A stretch of DNA of 64,000 nucleotides from assembly GCF_963921235.1 (NCBI RefSeq), contig NC_086109.1:6016001-6080000 (forward strand). Reading direction: 5' to 3'. The position numbers and the translations under genes are program-made. The notes under the pieces are model-generated. The model was not told the DNA's origin. It did no database searches and worked only from the letters and a program-made list of their open reading frames with translations. Of this stretch, positions 1 to 12,160 are shown piece by piece. Source of the DNA: Mobula hypostoma (Eukaryota). The first letter of the stretch is position 1, and each line of letters starts with the position of its first letter.

Positions 1-541
1 CTGAAGCTCTTTCCCCTTCCTTTCCAGTCCTGAGGAAGGGTCTCAGCTGGAGCCGTGAACTATTTGCTCATTTCCATGGTGATGCCTGACCTGCTGAGTT
101 CCTCCAGTGAACTTTTAAACCCTTTCCATGTGAAAACATAGCATACAAAAATAAAAAAATCATCCTGCGGGACAATTCCAGTTTAAATTTTCTAATCCTG
201 GTTTTAAAAAATCCACAAAAATGCAGACAAACAGGTTTAAAAGAAGGCTGTGTTTATGATTTTGGGATAACTAGTCATTGTAACTCAGTCAGATTAAACT
301 TGCGCAAGCCACAGTAAAACTAGTTCAGAAACTTTCTGCAACTTCCCTTCCACTAACTGAAATACAGATTCATTTATTTTAAAACAAGATATTGTGAATC
401 AGAAACAAAGTTTGCAAAACTGGACCTGGTGTGGCAGCTCAGTGACTGTGTATATAGAGAAAGAGAAATTGCCTCTTAAACTCACGAGAGAGCATCGGCC
501 ATCAACTTTTTGCTGTTGATGTTTCTGTAGCAGGCAATTCC

Positions 542-679
542 TTTTTTATTACGAGGTCAAGTTGCTAGCTCGAAGCTCAGCCCAGCATGGATGGAAAGCG
601 TGCACGGGAGCCGGCTGGATTTGAACTCGGGACCTTCTGCCCCAGAGTCCAGCGCTGATGCCACTACGCCACCAGCCGC
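542..679 (-). mobile_element. tRNA-derived SINE
   Basis: Minus strand reads TGGCGTAGTGG (A box) ... GAGTTCAAATCC (B box), then a short body ending AATAAAAAA. Confidence 0.7.
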
Positions 680-845
680 AGAGATTGTTGGACATTTACA
701 CATCACTGCCATGGAATTCTGTTCTGTACTGTTTGTTGCAACTTCCCTTAAGGGCATTTCACAAAGATTCTCTGGACCCAACAAGATTCTCTGGCTGCTA
801 CAAGCAGAGAGGAATCAGGGCTGGTAAAGACTCGCACACGGGTGA

Positions 846-1280
846 CCTGGAGCCAGTACAGACCGAGAGGAGGTTCTGGAGCTGGTACAGGCAGTGACGG
901 AGATGACTGAGAGCCAGTACAGCCAGAGGGGTGGTTTTGGAGCTGGTACAGGCAGTGAGGAGGTTCTGGAGCTGGTACAGGCAGTGACGGGGATGACTCA
1001 GAGCCAGTACAGCCGGAGGGGTGGTTTTGGAGCTGGTACAGGCAGTGAGGTGGTTTTGGAGCTGGTACAGGCGGTGAGGAGGTTCTGGAGCTGGTACAGG
1101 CGGTGACGGGGATGACTCAGAGCCAGTACAGCCGGAGGGGTGGTTTTGGAGCTGGTACAGGCAGTGAGGAGGTTCTGGAGCTGGTACAGGCAGTGACGGG
1201 GATGACTCAGAGCCAGTACAGCCCGAGGGGTGGTTTTGGAGCTGGTAGGTGGTGGGCAGGAGTGACTCAGAGCTGAGTAT
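846..1280. repeat. Composite minisatellite of related 29-31 bp units
   Basis: Recurrent GGAGCTGGTACAGGCAGTGA units alternating with CAGAGCCAGTACAGCCGGAGGGGTGGTTTT; explains repetitive ORF 798..1322. Confidence 0.9.
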
Positions 1281-1408
1281 GGTCAGAACTGAGTTCTTCC
1301 AGAAGATTCCATGTTGCTCCATAGTTTAGCATCTGTTGCCTCTCAAGACTCCACCCTTTGCCATGTCTGACCCACCAAGACCTTTCAGTTACACTGTATA
1401 ATCTGTCT

Positions 1409-1487
1409 CAGGGATTCCTGACCTGGGGTCTGTGGACCATTTGCTTAATGGTATTGGTCCATGCATAAAAAAAGTTGGAAGCCCCTA
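1409..1487. mobile_element. Short hAT (Charlie/MER5-like) MITE
   Basis: Decayed TIRs CAGGGATTCCTGACC ... AGTTGGAAGCCCCTA; no clear TSD. Confidence 0.5.
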
Positions 1488-2334
1488 GATCATCAATTGC
1501 ATAATCCCTGAAGTTGTTGCCATTTTGTTCCATAAGAGGGATTGCTTCTCACACTTCATACTTCTTACGTGGAATGCTCCTGTTTAAGGATCCCTGACAT
1601 TAAACACTGCGGCCAGTTTGGCAAAGCCTTTGCCTCGCCTCCAAAAAAAACCAGTTCTCTGAATGCTTGATTGGTTGGTTCTGCACTCTCTGCTCAGTCA
1701 GCTCCTTCACCCCTCTGCACGGCTTTTGTCTACAGCAGCTTTCGTTCAGTGACGGTGATGGATGCAGAAAGGTACGAGCCATTCCAGCAGGAAACTGTTA
1801 CACCCCGAGACACGAACTGCTAATGAACGTACTCACATAACCAGCGTCAGGTCTGCAAAAACAGGCCAAAGACTGGAGGTAAGAGGACTGATCTCTGAAA
1901 GCTTACGGAGGTAAGTGGCCTGTCTGTATGGGTGGGTGGGTGAGAGGGTGAGAAAGGGACTTGTTTTGCTGTTGTTTAGGCTGTTCTGTTGAACACTGCT
2001 GACACCCTTTGCTGGCGTCAGAATGTGGGCTGCCCCCAGAACATCTGGAGTTGTGTTGAGTGTTCGTGCAAACGATGCATTTCACTTGATGCTCTAATGT
2101 GCACTTGATAAGTAAATGAACCTGAACAGATGCATCGAGCAGGAAAAAAACTCAGCAAAGGCTTTAGTTGGGAACTGCAACAGAGAACCTGACTGGAGTC
2201 AGATATATTCTCACTGACATATGTTGTAAAAATTTGCTGTTCTGTGGCAGCAGTACAGCGCAAGGCATAAAAAAGTGTAATAAACTACAGTAAGAAATTT
2301 TATATACAAACACAGACATGGTTTTATATATATA

Positions 2335-3850
2335 GGAAGTCTTCATGTTTTACAACATTGAATCACAGTGGATTTAATTGGGCTTTCTGACACTGATCAA
2401 CAGAGAAAGACTTCTGTGTCAAAGAGAAAACAGATCTCTACAAAGTTATTGGTTAATTACAAATATAAAACACAAAATAATTGATTTCATAAGTATTCAT
2501 TCCCATTAATATGACACACCAAATCATCACTGGTGGAGGCCAACTGGTTTTAGAAGTCACAGATCACCATGTGCAGTCAAGGTGTTTCAATTGACTGTAG
2601 TAAAAATACATCTGTATCTGGAAGGTCCAATTGCTGGTGAGTCAGTATCCTGGCAAAAACTACACCATGAAGACAAAAGGATGCTCCAAGCAACTCCACA
2701 AAAAGCTTACTGAAAAGCACGTCAGGAGATGGATACAAGAAAATTTCCAAGCCACTGAATATCCCTTGGAGTACAGTTAAGTCAATCATCAAGAAATGAA
2801 AAAGGGCACATCTGTAAATCTGCCTAGCGCAGGCTGTCCTCAAAAACTGAATGAATGTGCAAAAAGGGGACTAGTGAGGGAGGCCACCAAGAGACCTGTG
2901 ATAACTCTGGAGGAGTTACAAGCTTCAGTGGCTAAGATGGGAGAGACTGCACATACAACTGTTGCCCAGGTGCTTCTCCAGTCACTGCTTTAATGAGAGA
3001 GTGGCAGGAGAAAGCCATTGTTTAAAAAAAAACACCACATGAAATCCAGGCTAGAGTTTCCCAGAAGGCATGTAGGAGACTCTGAAGTCAGCTGAAAGAA
3101 GGTTCTATAGTCTGATGAAACCAAAATTGTGATTTTTGACCACCAGATTAAATGCTATGTTTGGTGTAAGCCAAACACCGCACATCATCAAAGACACACC
3201 ATCCCTGCCGTGAAGCATGGTGGTGACTGCATCATGCTGTGGGAATGCTTCACTGCAGCAGGCCCTGGAAGGCTTGTGAAGGTAGAGGGTAAAATGAATG
3301 CAGCAAAATACAGGAAGATCCTGGAGGAAAACCTGATGCAGTCTGCAAGAGAACTGCGACTTGAGAGAAGATTTATTTTCCAGCAAGACAATGACCCCAA
3401 GCATAAAGCCAAAGCTACACAGAAATGACTTAAAAACAACAAAGTTAAGGTCCTGGAGTGGCCAAGTCAGAGTCCAGACCTCAATCCAATTGGGAATTTG
3501 TGACTGGACTTGAAAAGGGCTGTTTATGCACAATTCCCATGCAATCTGACAGAGCTTCAACAGTTTTGCACAGAAGAACGGGGGGAAATATTGCCGTATC
3601 CAGATGTGCAAAGCTGATAGAGACCTATCCACACAGACTCAAGGCTGTAATTGCTGCCAAAGGTACATCTACTAAATACTGACTTGAAGGGGGTGAGTAA
3701 TTATGCAATTAATTATTTTGTGTTTAATAATTATAATAAATTTAGACCAATCTGTAGAATTTTTTTTCACTTTGACACAAGAGAGGCTTTTTCTGTTGAT
3801 CAGTGTCAAAAAAGCCAAATAAAATCTGCTGTGATTTCCCTTTGGAAGTG
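2335..3850 (+). mobile_element. Tc1-family DNA transposon, decayed, with long TIRs
   Basis: Transposase relic from ATG ~2667 (GYKKISK..LNIPWSTV; SDETK; VKHGG; QQDNDPKH; SPDLNPI; KGTSTKY* at 3682) with stops and frameshifts; inverted ends ~2360-2505 and ~3690-3838. Confidence 0.93.
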
Positions 3851-3861
3851 TTCATATATAT

Positions 3862-4192
3862 CATCATTATGTGCCGTGTCTTATGACGTGGGTGATCATG
3901 GTCTCATGACCATTATTGTTCTTGGCAAATTGTTCTACAGAAGTGGTTTTCCATTGCCCTCTTCTGGGCAGTGTCTTTACAAGACGGGTGACCCCAGCCG
4001 TTATCAATACCCTTCAGAGATTGTCTGCCTGGCATCAGTGTCACATAACCAGGACTAGTGATATGCACCAGCTGCTCATACGACCGTCCACCACCTGCCC
4101 CCATGGCTTCACATGACCCTGACTGGGAGCTAAGCAGGTGCTACACCTTGCCCAAGGGTGATCCGCAGGACAGCGGACGGAAGGAGCACCTT
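3862..4192 (-). mobile_element. RTE/BovB-related non-autonomous retroposon (family A)
   Basis: Same sequence as 24430-24730, 41780-42160, 53838-54240; carries a GAAGGCAATGGCAAACCACTTC-type motif and an (ATG)n-like tail. Confidence 0.65.
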
Positions 4193-4435
4193 AGAGACAT
4201 ATACACAATCTAATGGAGACGTACACACACATTGTAAAGTCATCAATGTGCATTTCTGGGGTTGTGCTGCTCACAGATGGCCCACTGTATTTCATGCGTT
4301 ACAGCAGAGCAGAGATACACTTTTGTACATCCTTAGGGTGTATTTCTGCTTGTCTCCGGCTCAGACACAGCAGAAACTGGGTAAACACAGTGAACAACTG
4401 AACAGGTATTGGGAGAGAGCCGTGGGGAAGGACTG

Positions 4436-4750
4436 ACCAGGGGATGGTAGCACAGTGGTTGAGGTGCTGGATTAGTGCCCAGGGCTTCACACCTCTGATC
4501 CAGAGATCCACCACAGGAACCAGGGAACTTAAATTCAAATTGCTGAGCAACGTGCAATTAAATGAAATCTCAGCGACAGTAATCAGGGACCAGCCAGAGC
4601 GTTACCAAATCCAGTTCAGTTCACTCCTGCCTTTCAGCAGAGGGAATCCGTTGTCCATGCCTGTCCAGACTTTACCCGCAATGCAGAGGCGCTCACTTCC
4701 TGCAGCAAATTTACAACTTCAGTCCAATCGTCAACGCCACGTCCCCACCG
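4436..4750 (+). mobile_element. Degenerate tRNA-headed SINE
   Basis: A-box-like TAGCACAGTGG; related copy at ~21120-21600. Confidence 0.45.
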
Positions 4751-5014
4751 AGATTGACAAATTGAACCTGTGTCACTGGCATTTCAGTGACAACCACACT
4801 ATCATACCACCTCAAAGGGACACAGAAGACAAGTTCCTCCCATTGTCAATGGGATACTGGGAGGATACTATACCACACAGAACACAGGGTTTGCCCACCT
4901 CTAGTGGCCGCAGAACATAAAACCCGTCATTACAGAATGAACCCCTCCCCCTCCACCCCATCCCACTCTCCCCAGACGAATACAGGCATTGTCTTGCTCC
5001 TCCCTCTCATTCTG

Positions 5015-5460
5015 GGCTTAAAAGGCTTATCATATGAGCAGCAATTAAAGGCTCTGGGCCTTTACTCATTGGAATTTAGAAGAATGGGGTGGGATCTCAT
5101 TGAAACCCATCGAATGTTAAAGGGCCTTGATAGAAGTGGATGTGGAGAGTTGCCTTTACTGGGGGGAGTCTAGGGCCGGAGGGCACCACCTCAAAATGGA
5201 GGAAGGTCCATTTAGAAGGGAGATGAAGGTGAATTGCCTTATCCAGAGGGTGGTATGTCTGTGGAGTTCGTTGCCACAGGCAGCTGTGGAGGCCAGGTCA
5301 CTGGGTGCATTTAAGGCAGAGGCTGATAAGTTCTTGATTAGTCAGGGCGTTGAAGGTTATAGGGAAAGGGCAGGAGAATGGGGTTAAGAAGGAAGGGGAT
5401 GAGCCACAATGAAATGGCAGAGCAGACTTGACGGGCCAAACGGACTAATCCTTATGGTGA
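5015..5460 (+). mobile_element. CR1 LINE 3' fragment
   Basis: GLSYEQQLKALGLYSLEFRRM..DLIE; QRVVCLWSSLP; homologous to the 3' end of the CR1 at 61936-63220. Confidence 0.85.
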
Positions 5461-6839
5461 CAGAAAGGTTTCTCACTGGGCAGTCCCCACTGCCAACCAT
5501 CCCAATGTGTGCTACAGATGAAGACAGCATCAAAGTGTTGGCCAATGCGTACAACAGTATTTATTTAATAAATGTATTATCAAGTACACGCATGTCACCA
5601 TATACTACCTTGAGATTCATTTTCTTGCAGGTATCTACCAGTAAATAGAGAAATAGAATAGAATTTGTGAAAAACTGTACCATAAACAAAGCCCAACAAA
5701 ACCAATGTGGAAAAGACAAATAGTGCAAATAATAACAATAAAAGTTACAGATTGTAGAGTCATTGAAGGTGTATCCTCAGGTTGTGGAATCATTTCAGTG
5801 CTGAGATGAGCGAAATTATCCACACTGGTTCAGGAGCCTGATGCCTGCTCCTGAACCTGCTGGTGTGGGACCCAAGGCTCCTGCACCTCCATACTGGTCT
5901 AACAAGGAGAGAGCATGGCCTGGATGGTGGGAGCCCTTGACAACGGATGCTGCTTCCTTGTGGCAGTGCTCCATGGAAATGTGCTCACTGGTGGCGAGAG
6001 CTTTGCCTGCGATGGACTATATAACGTTTCCTGATCCTGCCGGGGCGTACCTACATTCAACGGCCGTATCAAATGCACAGCACAGGAAGCTGCATGAGAA
6101 ACATTTCCAGTTTCATTTATATTCTGGGAAATGTGACCTGGAATACCGAGCTTAGAATAAGGATCACAGCTCAGCTTCCATTTCCAAACTAGTGGTGTGT
6201 TTTCACTGCGAGTCCTTCCTTCAGCTGGCCCCAGCTGGCCCTCAGCCATCGCACTGATTTAAGGCATCCCAGAAATAACCCATCGGAAATCAAGCGGTTC
6301 CTTGAAGTAACTAAAGCCCAGAAGTCTAAAGTTCCTCAAAGTCTCAAGAGGCAGTACCCATCCTTAAGGTCCCTCACTGTCCAGGACGTGCCCTCTTCTC
6401 GTTACTACCATCAAGGAGGTGGTACAGGAGGCTGAAGACACACACTCAAAATTTTTAGGAACTGCTTCTTCCCCTCCATCATCAGATTTATGAACAGTCC
6501 AAGAAACCGGGAACACTACCTCACCATTTGGCTCTCATTTTGTACTCATTATTTTTAAATATTTTTATTATAATTTATAGTTTTTTATATTACAGAATCA
6601 TGACGGAAAGGGGAAGAGAAAGGGGTGAGAGGGCCACCAGAGTGAGGATAAATGAAAAGCTGGAGGTGGGGGGTGAGGCCAAAACAGAGGGGAGTGGTTA
6701 CCAGAAGTGAGAGAAACTGACATTCATGCTGTCAGTGTGTGTTATTTTCATACAGTATACGAGCACAAAAAGCAGGCCATTCAGCCCCTTGTATTTCCTC
6801 CATTCACTAAGACTTATGGAAAGCCTTCTACCTCAACAG

Positions 6840-7330
6840 TTAGAATATAGAATAGTACAGGCCCTTCAGCCCACAATGCTGTGCCAACTCTAATCTACTC
6901 TAAGATCAATCTAACCCTTCCCTCCCACACACACCCCTGTTTTTTTCATCATCTGTGTGCCTATCTGAGATTCTCTTAAATGCCTCTATTGTATCTGCCT
7001 CTACCATCAGCCCTGGCAGTGCGTTCCACACGCCCACCACTCTCTGTGAAAAAAGCCTACCTCAGACATCGCCCCCCCGCCCCCCACAATTTCCATCAAT
7101 CACCCTAAAATTATGCCCCTCTCATAATAGCCATTTCCACCTGGGGGAAAAGTCTCTGGCTGTCCACTCAATCAATGCCTCTTATCATCTTGTACACACC
7201 TCTATCAAGTCACGTCTGATCCTCCTCTCCAAAAGGGAAAAGCCCTGGCTCACTCAACCTATCCTCATAAGGAAGGCCTTCTAATCCAGGCAGCATTCTA
7301 GTAAATCTTCTCTGTGCCTTTCCTAAAGCT
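6840..7330 (-). mobile_element. CR1 LINE 3' fragment
   Basis: Reverse complement of CR1 ORF2 C-terminus and 3' UTR with (TTCTA)n-like tail. Confidence 0.75.
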
Positions 7331-7530
7331 CTACAATTTATGTTATTGGTCTTACTCATTTATTATTATATTTGGAAAATTTGTCTCCTTGGTTACTTGT
7401 CAATCTGTGTGAGCAGCTTTTCATTGATTCTCAAACAACAGGAATTCTGCAGATGCTGGAAATTCAAGCAACATACATCAAAGTTGCTGGTGAACGCAGC
7501 AGGCCAAGCAGCATCTATAGGAAGAGGCGC

Positions 7531-7566
7531 AGTCGACGTTTCAGGCCGAGACCCTTCGTCAGGACT
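7531..7566 (-). ncRNA. Minimal type I hammerhead ribozyme motif
   Basis: Minus strand AGTC-CTGACGA-AGGGTCTCGGCCT-GAAA-CG-TC^GACT: intact CUGANGA/GAAA core, GUC site, AGTC/GACT stem I. Confidence 0.75.
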
Positions 7567-7589
7567 AACTGAAGGAAGAGGCTTCAGTT

Positions 7590-7625
7590 AGTCCTGACGA
7601 AGGGTCTCGGCCTGAAACGTCGACT
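7590..7625 (+). ncRNA. Minimal type I hammerhead ribozyme motif
   Basis: AGTC-CTGACGA-AGGGTCTCGGCCT-GAAA-CG-TC^GACT; predicted cleavage after C7621; stem III reduced to palindromic ACGT. Confidence 0.75.
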
Positions 7626-8159
7626 GCGCCTCTTCCTATAGATGCTGCTTGGCCTGCTGCGTTCACCAGCAACTTTGATGTATGTTGCTTTCATTGATTC
7701 TCTTGTATCTCTTTGTTCTGCTGCGAATACCTGCAAGAAAATGAATCTCAAGGTGACATATACAGTACATACTTCAATAATAAATTTACTTTGAACATAA
7801 GACCATAAGATATAGGAGCAGAATTAGCCAATTCAACATGGCTGACCCATTTCCCTCTCAGCCCTAATCTCCTGCCTTCTCCCCATATCCCTTCATGCCC
7901 TGACCAATCAAGAATCTACCGACCTCTGCCTTGAATATACCCAATGACTTGGCCTCCACAGCCTCACAGCTGAGTGCAGGAAGTTCGCCCTATCTCACAG
8001 ATGGCCAGTGAAGTTCCAGAGGGTGACGAGTTGGGTGGGGACTTGAGGTCCCCCACCCAAGGAGGAGTTGTTGCTGGGATCTCACACAGGGCACGGAGGG
8101 TCAGTCCTCTGCCTCCGCAGCCGGATAGCTGAGTTCACTGGTGAAAAGTGCTGTAACGG

Positions 8160-8234
8160 ATCACGTGATTTAAAAGAAAAGGGAAATCAAAGGGAGAAGT
8201 TCGGGTTAAAAGTTTCATTGGTTTCCATGGTAAC
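8160..8234. promoter_or_regulatory. Candidate E-box plus RFX X-box
   Basis: ATCACGTGAT (8160-8169) and GTTTCCATGGTAAC (8221-8234) in apparently non-repeat DNA. Confidence 0.35.
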
Positions 8235-8289
8235 AGGGAACCAAGCACTTAGCCTTGGAAGTGATAGTGAGATCGCTCTATCAGAGCTT

Positions 8290-8670
8290 CTTCCCCTCCA
8301 CCATCAGATTTCTTAACAGTCCATGAACACTACCTCACTACCTCCCCTCCCACTCTGGCCTCTTATCTCTTCTCCTCACCTGTCTATCACCTCCCCCTGG
8401 TGCCTCTCCTCCTTCCCTTTCTCCCATGGGCCAGCCTCCTCTCCCATCTGATTTCGGCCCCTCCAGTCCTTTTCCTTTTCTGATCATCACCTCCCAGCTT
8501 CTCACTTCACCTCGCCCCCTCCCCAACCCACCTGGCTTCACCTATCACCTTCTAGCTTGTCTTCCTCCCCCTCCCCCCTTTCTGCCCCCTTTCTTTCCAG
8601 TTCCAAAGAAAGTTCTCCAGCCCGAAACATTACCTGCTGAGTTCCTCCGACATTTTGTGCTTGTTGCTCT
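8290..8670 (+). mobile_element. Degenerate Penelope 3' region/pseudo-LTR joined to a LINE tail
   Basis: Pyrimidine-rich tract similar to 11820-12160, ending CCTGCTGAGTTCCTCC. Confidence 0.55.
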
Positions 8671-9346
8671 ACATTTGCTCTTTTTTTGCACTATTTTTTT
8701 TTAATTTCTTACTGTAACTTATAGATTTCTTTTCTGTCCTGCACTGTACTGTTGTTGGAAAACAACAAATTTCACGATGCATGTCAGCGATAGCAAACCG
8801 ATTCCAAACTAATGAATTGTGCTGGTTCTCGGTCAGGGTAAACAGGAGCTGAGAGTGCAAAGACAAGGACAAAATGTAAATCAATAAACTCCAGATAGGT
8901 ACTCAAAAAATACAGAAAATCCAATAAAAATAAGGCAAGTTAGAACATCTCTATAGAGAGGAACAGTTCTCGCTCGAGGATGTTCCTTTGGAACTGAGAT
9001 GAGGAGGAATTTCTTCAGCCAGAGGGTGGTGAATCTGTGGAATTCATTGCCACAGATGGCTGTGGAGGCCAAGTCATTGAGTACATTTAAAGTGGAGGTT
9101 GATAGGTCCTTGATTAGTCAGGGTGTCAAAGGTAATGGGGAGCAGTCAGAAGAATGGGGTTGATAGGGATAATAAGTCAGCCATGATGGAATGGTGGAGG
9201 AGATTCGATGGGCCAAATGGCCTATATCTGCTCCCTTGTCTTATGGTCTCTTGTGTTTACTGGGAAGTAAGAAACAATTTGGTTAGGTTGCAGAGGGTGG
9301 GGAGGGAAGAGAAAAGGGACATCTCTGACAATCTAGACATACCCTC

Positions 9347-9976
9347 TGTATTGGAGGGGTGGTGACTGTCAGGTGTTAGCACTGCCCATTACCTGGTCAA
9401 AAGACACGCCACCTGCCAATCAAGGTTTGACCGCTCCTCGCCCATCAACGCACACCGAGCCATTGGCCTTCCTGTGAATTACCTGGGTGGGACCCTCCAA
9501 CCCTGCTGCACTATAAAGGGTGCCACATGTGCTGGACCCTTTCTCTTTTTTTTGCAATCCCCGAGGGACCACCCTGCTTCACCCTAGGCCAAGAACCGTA
9601 GCAGCACTGGAGAAACTGTCGGTGAGTTTTGCATCGAATAGGGTTGGGAGCATTGATAATTGTCCCTAGTAGCATAACAGCCATGCCTGCACAGAGTCAA
9701 GGGAGGCGGGTATCGTATTGACTTTTCCCTTGGGGGAGGGGGTGTGTGTGTGTGCGCGCGCATGTACCTTGTTCCCACATGATTTTCCCTCGTTTGTTAG
9801 TAATTGCGTGTGTTTTATTGCCGATCCGCCTGCTGTAAATTGTGCAGGTGTGCGTGTTGCTTCTGTTGTCGTTTTTGCACGTTTGCCTTCTGTAAGTAAA
9901 ATCCTTTACTACCAAGACTGCGTGTCCAGAATCCTTGTCCTTGAGACCTATCAAATCTGTTTCCTCACTTACAACA
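9347..9976 (+). mobile_element. Solo LTR (630 bp)
   Basis: TG...CA ends, 5-bp TSD CCCTC (9342-9346, 9977-9981), TATAAA at ~9512, AGTAAA at ~9895. Confidence 0.8.
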
Positions 9977-10034
9977 CCCTCCCTCAATATACCTTCCCTC
10001 CAATTCCATTTCTCTCAAAATGTTGGGATGTTAT

Positions 10035-10255
10035 TGTAGTGTATTTAGTATTTTTGTAATATTGTAAATATATTATTTGATTAAGCATTCTTTGTTTACA
10101 TAATTCACTATGGGTTATTTGTAAGAAGTATGTGAATGGCCCACGTTATTACACCACCATGTCACATCCGTGTGCCTCAGGAAAAAAAAAGTAGACACGT
10201 ATCCCGGCTCCTGTTCTTTTCTTTCAATTAGTTCCTGGAGTTACAAAACAAAACA
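10035..10255 (+). mobile_element. Short solo LTR (221 bp)
   Basis: TG...ACA ends, 5-bp TSD GTTAT (10030-10034, 10256-10260); related copies at ~44310-44420 and ~49017-49255. Confidence 0.75.
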
Positions 10256-10678
10256 GTTATGTTGCAAAGCAGCAAAGCACTGAAAAAGCCACAGTGTGTG
10301 ATGTTTCCACATTCCAGTAAGGATGCACAGTGCTGGAGAGAGCGCAGAGCTGATTCAGCAGGATTGCAGAACTTTACTTTGAGATACTGGATATGTTAGG
10401 CTCGTTCTCCTTGGGGACATTGACCTGCTAGAGTTATGTAAAAACTGTTATGAGGCATAAATAGTCAGAATATTTTACCTCTGGGGGCAGTGTACTGATA
10501 GCAAGAGGACGCAGGTTTAAAGAGAGGTAGAAGCTTTAAAAGGGGATCAGAGAAGTATCATTTTTTAAAAAAAAAGAGTGATTGAAACTGCCGGAGTTGG
10601 TGGTGGAGTTTGGCACAATCACTAACAATTTAGAGATATTTAGGCAGACACTGAACTCTTAGTGTCAGATCTTTATAT

Positions 10679-12160
10679 ATGCTCCTCTGCAACCTCATCT
10701 ACATTGGCGAGACCTGTTGTAAATTGGGAGACCGCTTCGTCAATCACCTCCGCTCCATCTGCCATAAGTGGAACTTCCTGGTGGCCAAACATTTTAATTC
10801 CAATTCCCAACCCTGTTCTGACATGTCAGTCCATGGTCTCCTCTTGTGCCTAAATGAGTCAGAATCAGTTTTATTATCACTGGCATGTGTCGTGAAATTT
10901 GTTAACTTAGCAGCAGTAGTTCAATGCAATACATAATACAGAAGAAAAAAAAATATAATAATAAATCAATTACCATATATGTATATTGAATAGATAAAAA
11001 ATTGTGCAAAAAACAGAAATAATATATTAAAAGAGTGAGGTAGTGTTCACGGGATCAAAGTCCATTTAGGAAAAGGATGGTAGAGGGGAAGAAGCTGTTC
11101 CTGAATCACTGAGTGTGTGCCTTCAGGCTTCTGTACCTCCTGCCTGACGGTAACAGTGAGAAAAGGGCATGCCCTGGGTGCTGGAGGTCCTTAATAATGG
11201 ACGCTGCCTTTCTGAGACACCGCTCCCTGAAGACGTCCTGGGTACTTTGTAGGCTAGTACCCAAGATGGAGCTGACTGAATTTATGATCGCTCTGCAGCT
11301 TCTTTCGGTCCTGTGCAGTAGCCCCCCGCCGCCATACCAGACAGTGATGCAACCTGTCACAATGCTCTCCATCTATAGAAGTTTTTGAGTGCATTCACTG
11401 ACATACAGTACCAAATCTCTTCAAACTCCTAATGAAGTATAGTCGCTGTTTGCCTTCTTTATAACTGCATCGGAACCAGGTTAGATCCTCACTTTCTCCA
11501 CTTCTGATCCCTCTATGAGGATTGGTACATGTTCCTCGTCTTACCCTTCCTGAAGTCCACAATCAGCTCTTTCGTCTTACTGACATTGAGTACCAGTTTG
11601 TTGCTGTGGCACCACTCCACCAGTTGGTATATTTCACTCCTGTACACCCTCTCATCACCACCTGAGATTCTACCAACAATGGTGGTATCATCAGCAAATT
11701 TATGGATGGTATTTGAGCTACGCCTAGCCACACAGATGACACCATGCTCAGGGTAGAGGAGCAACACCTTATATTCTACTTGGGTAGCCGCCAACCTAAT
11801 GGCATGAATATTGATTTCTCCTTCTGATGATAAAAATTTCCTCCCCCATCCCCTCTTCTATTCCTCACTGTGGCCTCTTACCTCTTCTCTCCTGCCTATC
11901 ACCTTCCACTGGATCACCTCCTCCTTCCCTTTCTTATACAGTCCACTCTCCTCCCCTACCAGATTCCTTCTTCTCCAGCCCTTTACCTTTCCCCATCACC
12001 TTCTAGCTAACCGCCCTCCCCTCCTCTACCTCTTTACTCTAGTGTCTTCTCCCTTCCTTTCCCATTCTGAAGAAGGGTCTCGGCCCAAAACGTTGACTGT
12101 TTATTCCTCTCCATTGATGTTGCCTGACCTGCTGAGCTCCTCCAGCATTTTGTATGTTGT
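10679..12160 (+). mobile_element. Penelope-like element 3' part (GIY-YIG endonuclease relic plus pseudo-LTR), interrupted by a LINE
   Basis: LIYIGETCCKLGDRFVNHLRSI..VAKHFNS (10679-10855) resumes at ~11740 as LRVEEQHLIFYLGSRQPNGMNIDFS; decayed hammerhead at ~12062-12098. Confidence 0.85.
10856..11735 (-). mobile_element. Rex1/L2-type LINE 3' fragment
   Basis: KFADDTTIVGRI..LNVSKTKELIVDFRK; ESIVTGCITVWYG; HPGHALFSLLPSGRRYRS. Confidence 0.88.

Larger units (their letters stand above)
7433..7690. mobile_element. Penelope-like non-autonomous fold-back element (two inverted pseudo-LTRs)
   Basis: Perfect inverted arms 7466-7574 and 7582-7690, 7-nt spacer, extra ~33-nt tail on one arm, TSD TTTCATTGATTCTC at 7419-7432 and 7689-7702. 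Confidence 0.85.

Noticed and set aside
601..679. tRNA gene
   Set aside because: A/B boxes run into a SINE body and A-rich tail, so more likely a SINE head
846..1280. CRISPR-like repeat array
   Set aside because: No unique spacers, no cas genes, eukaryotic context
798..1322. 174-aa repetitive ORF
   Set aside because: Translation of the minisatellite
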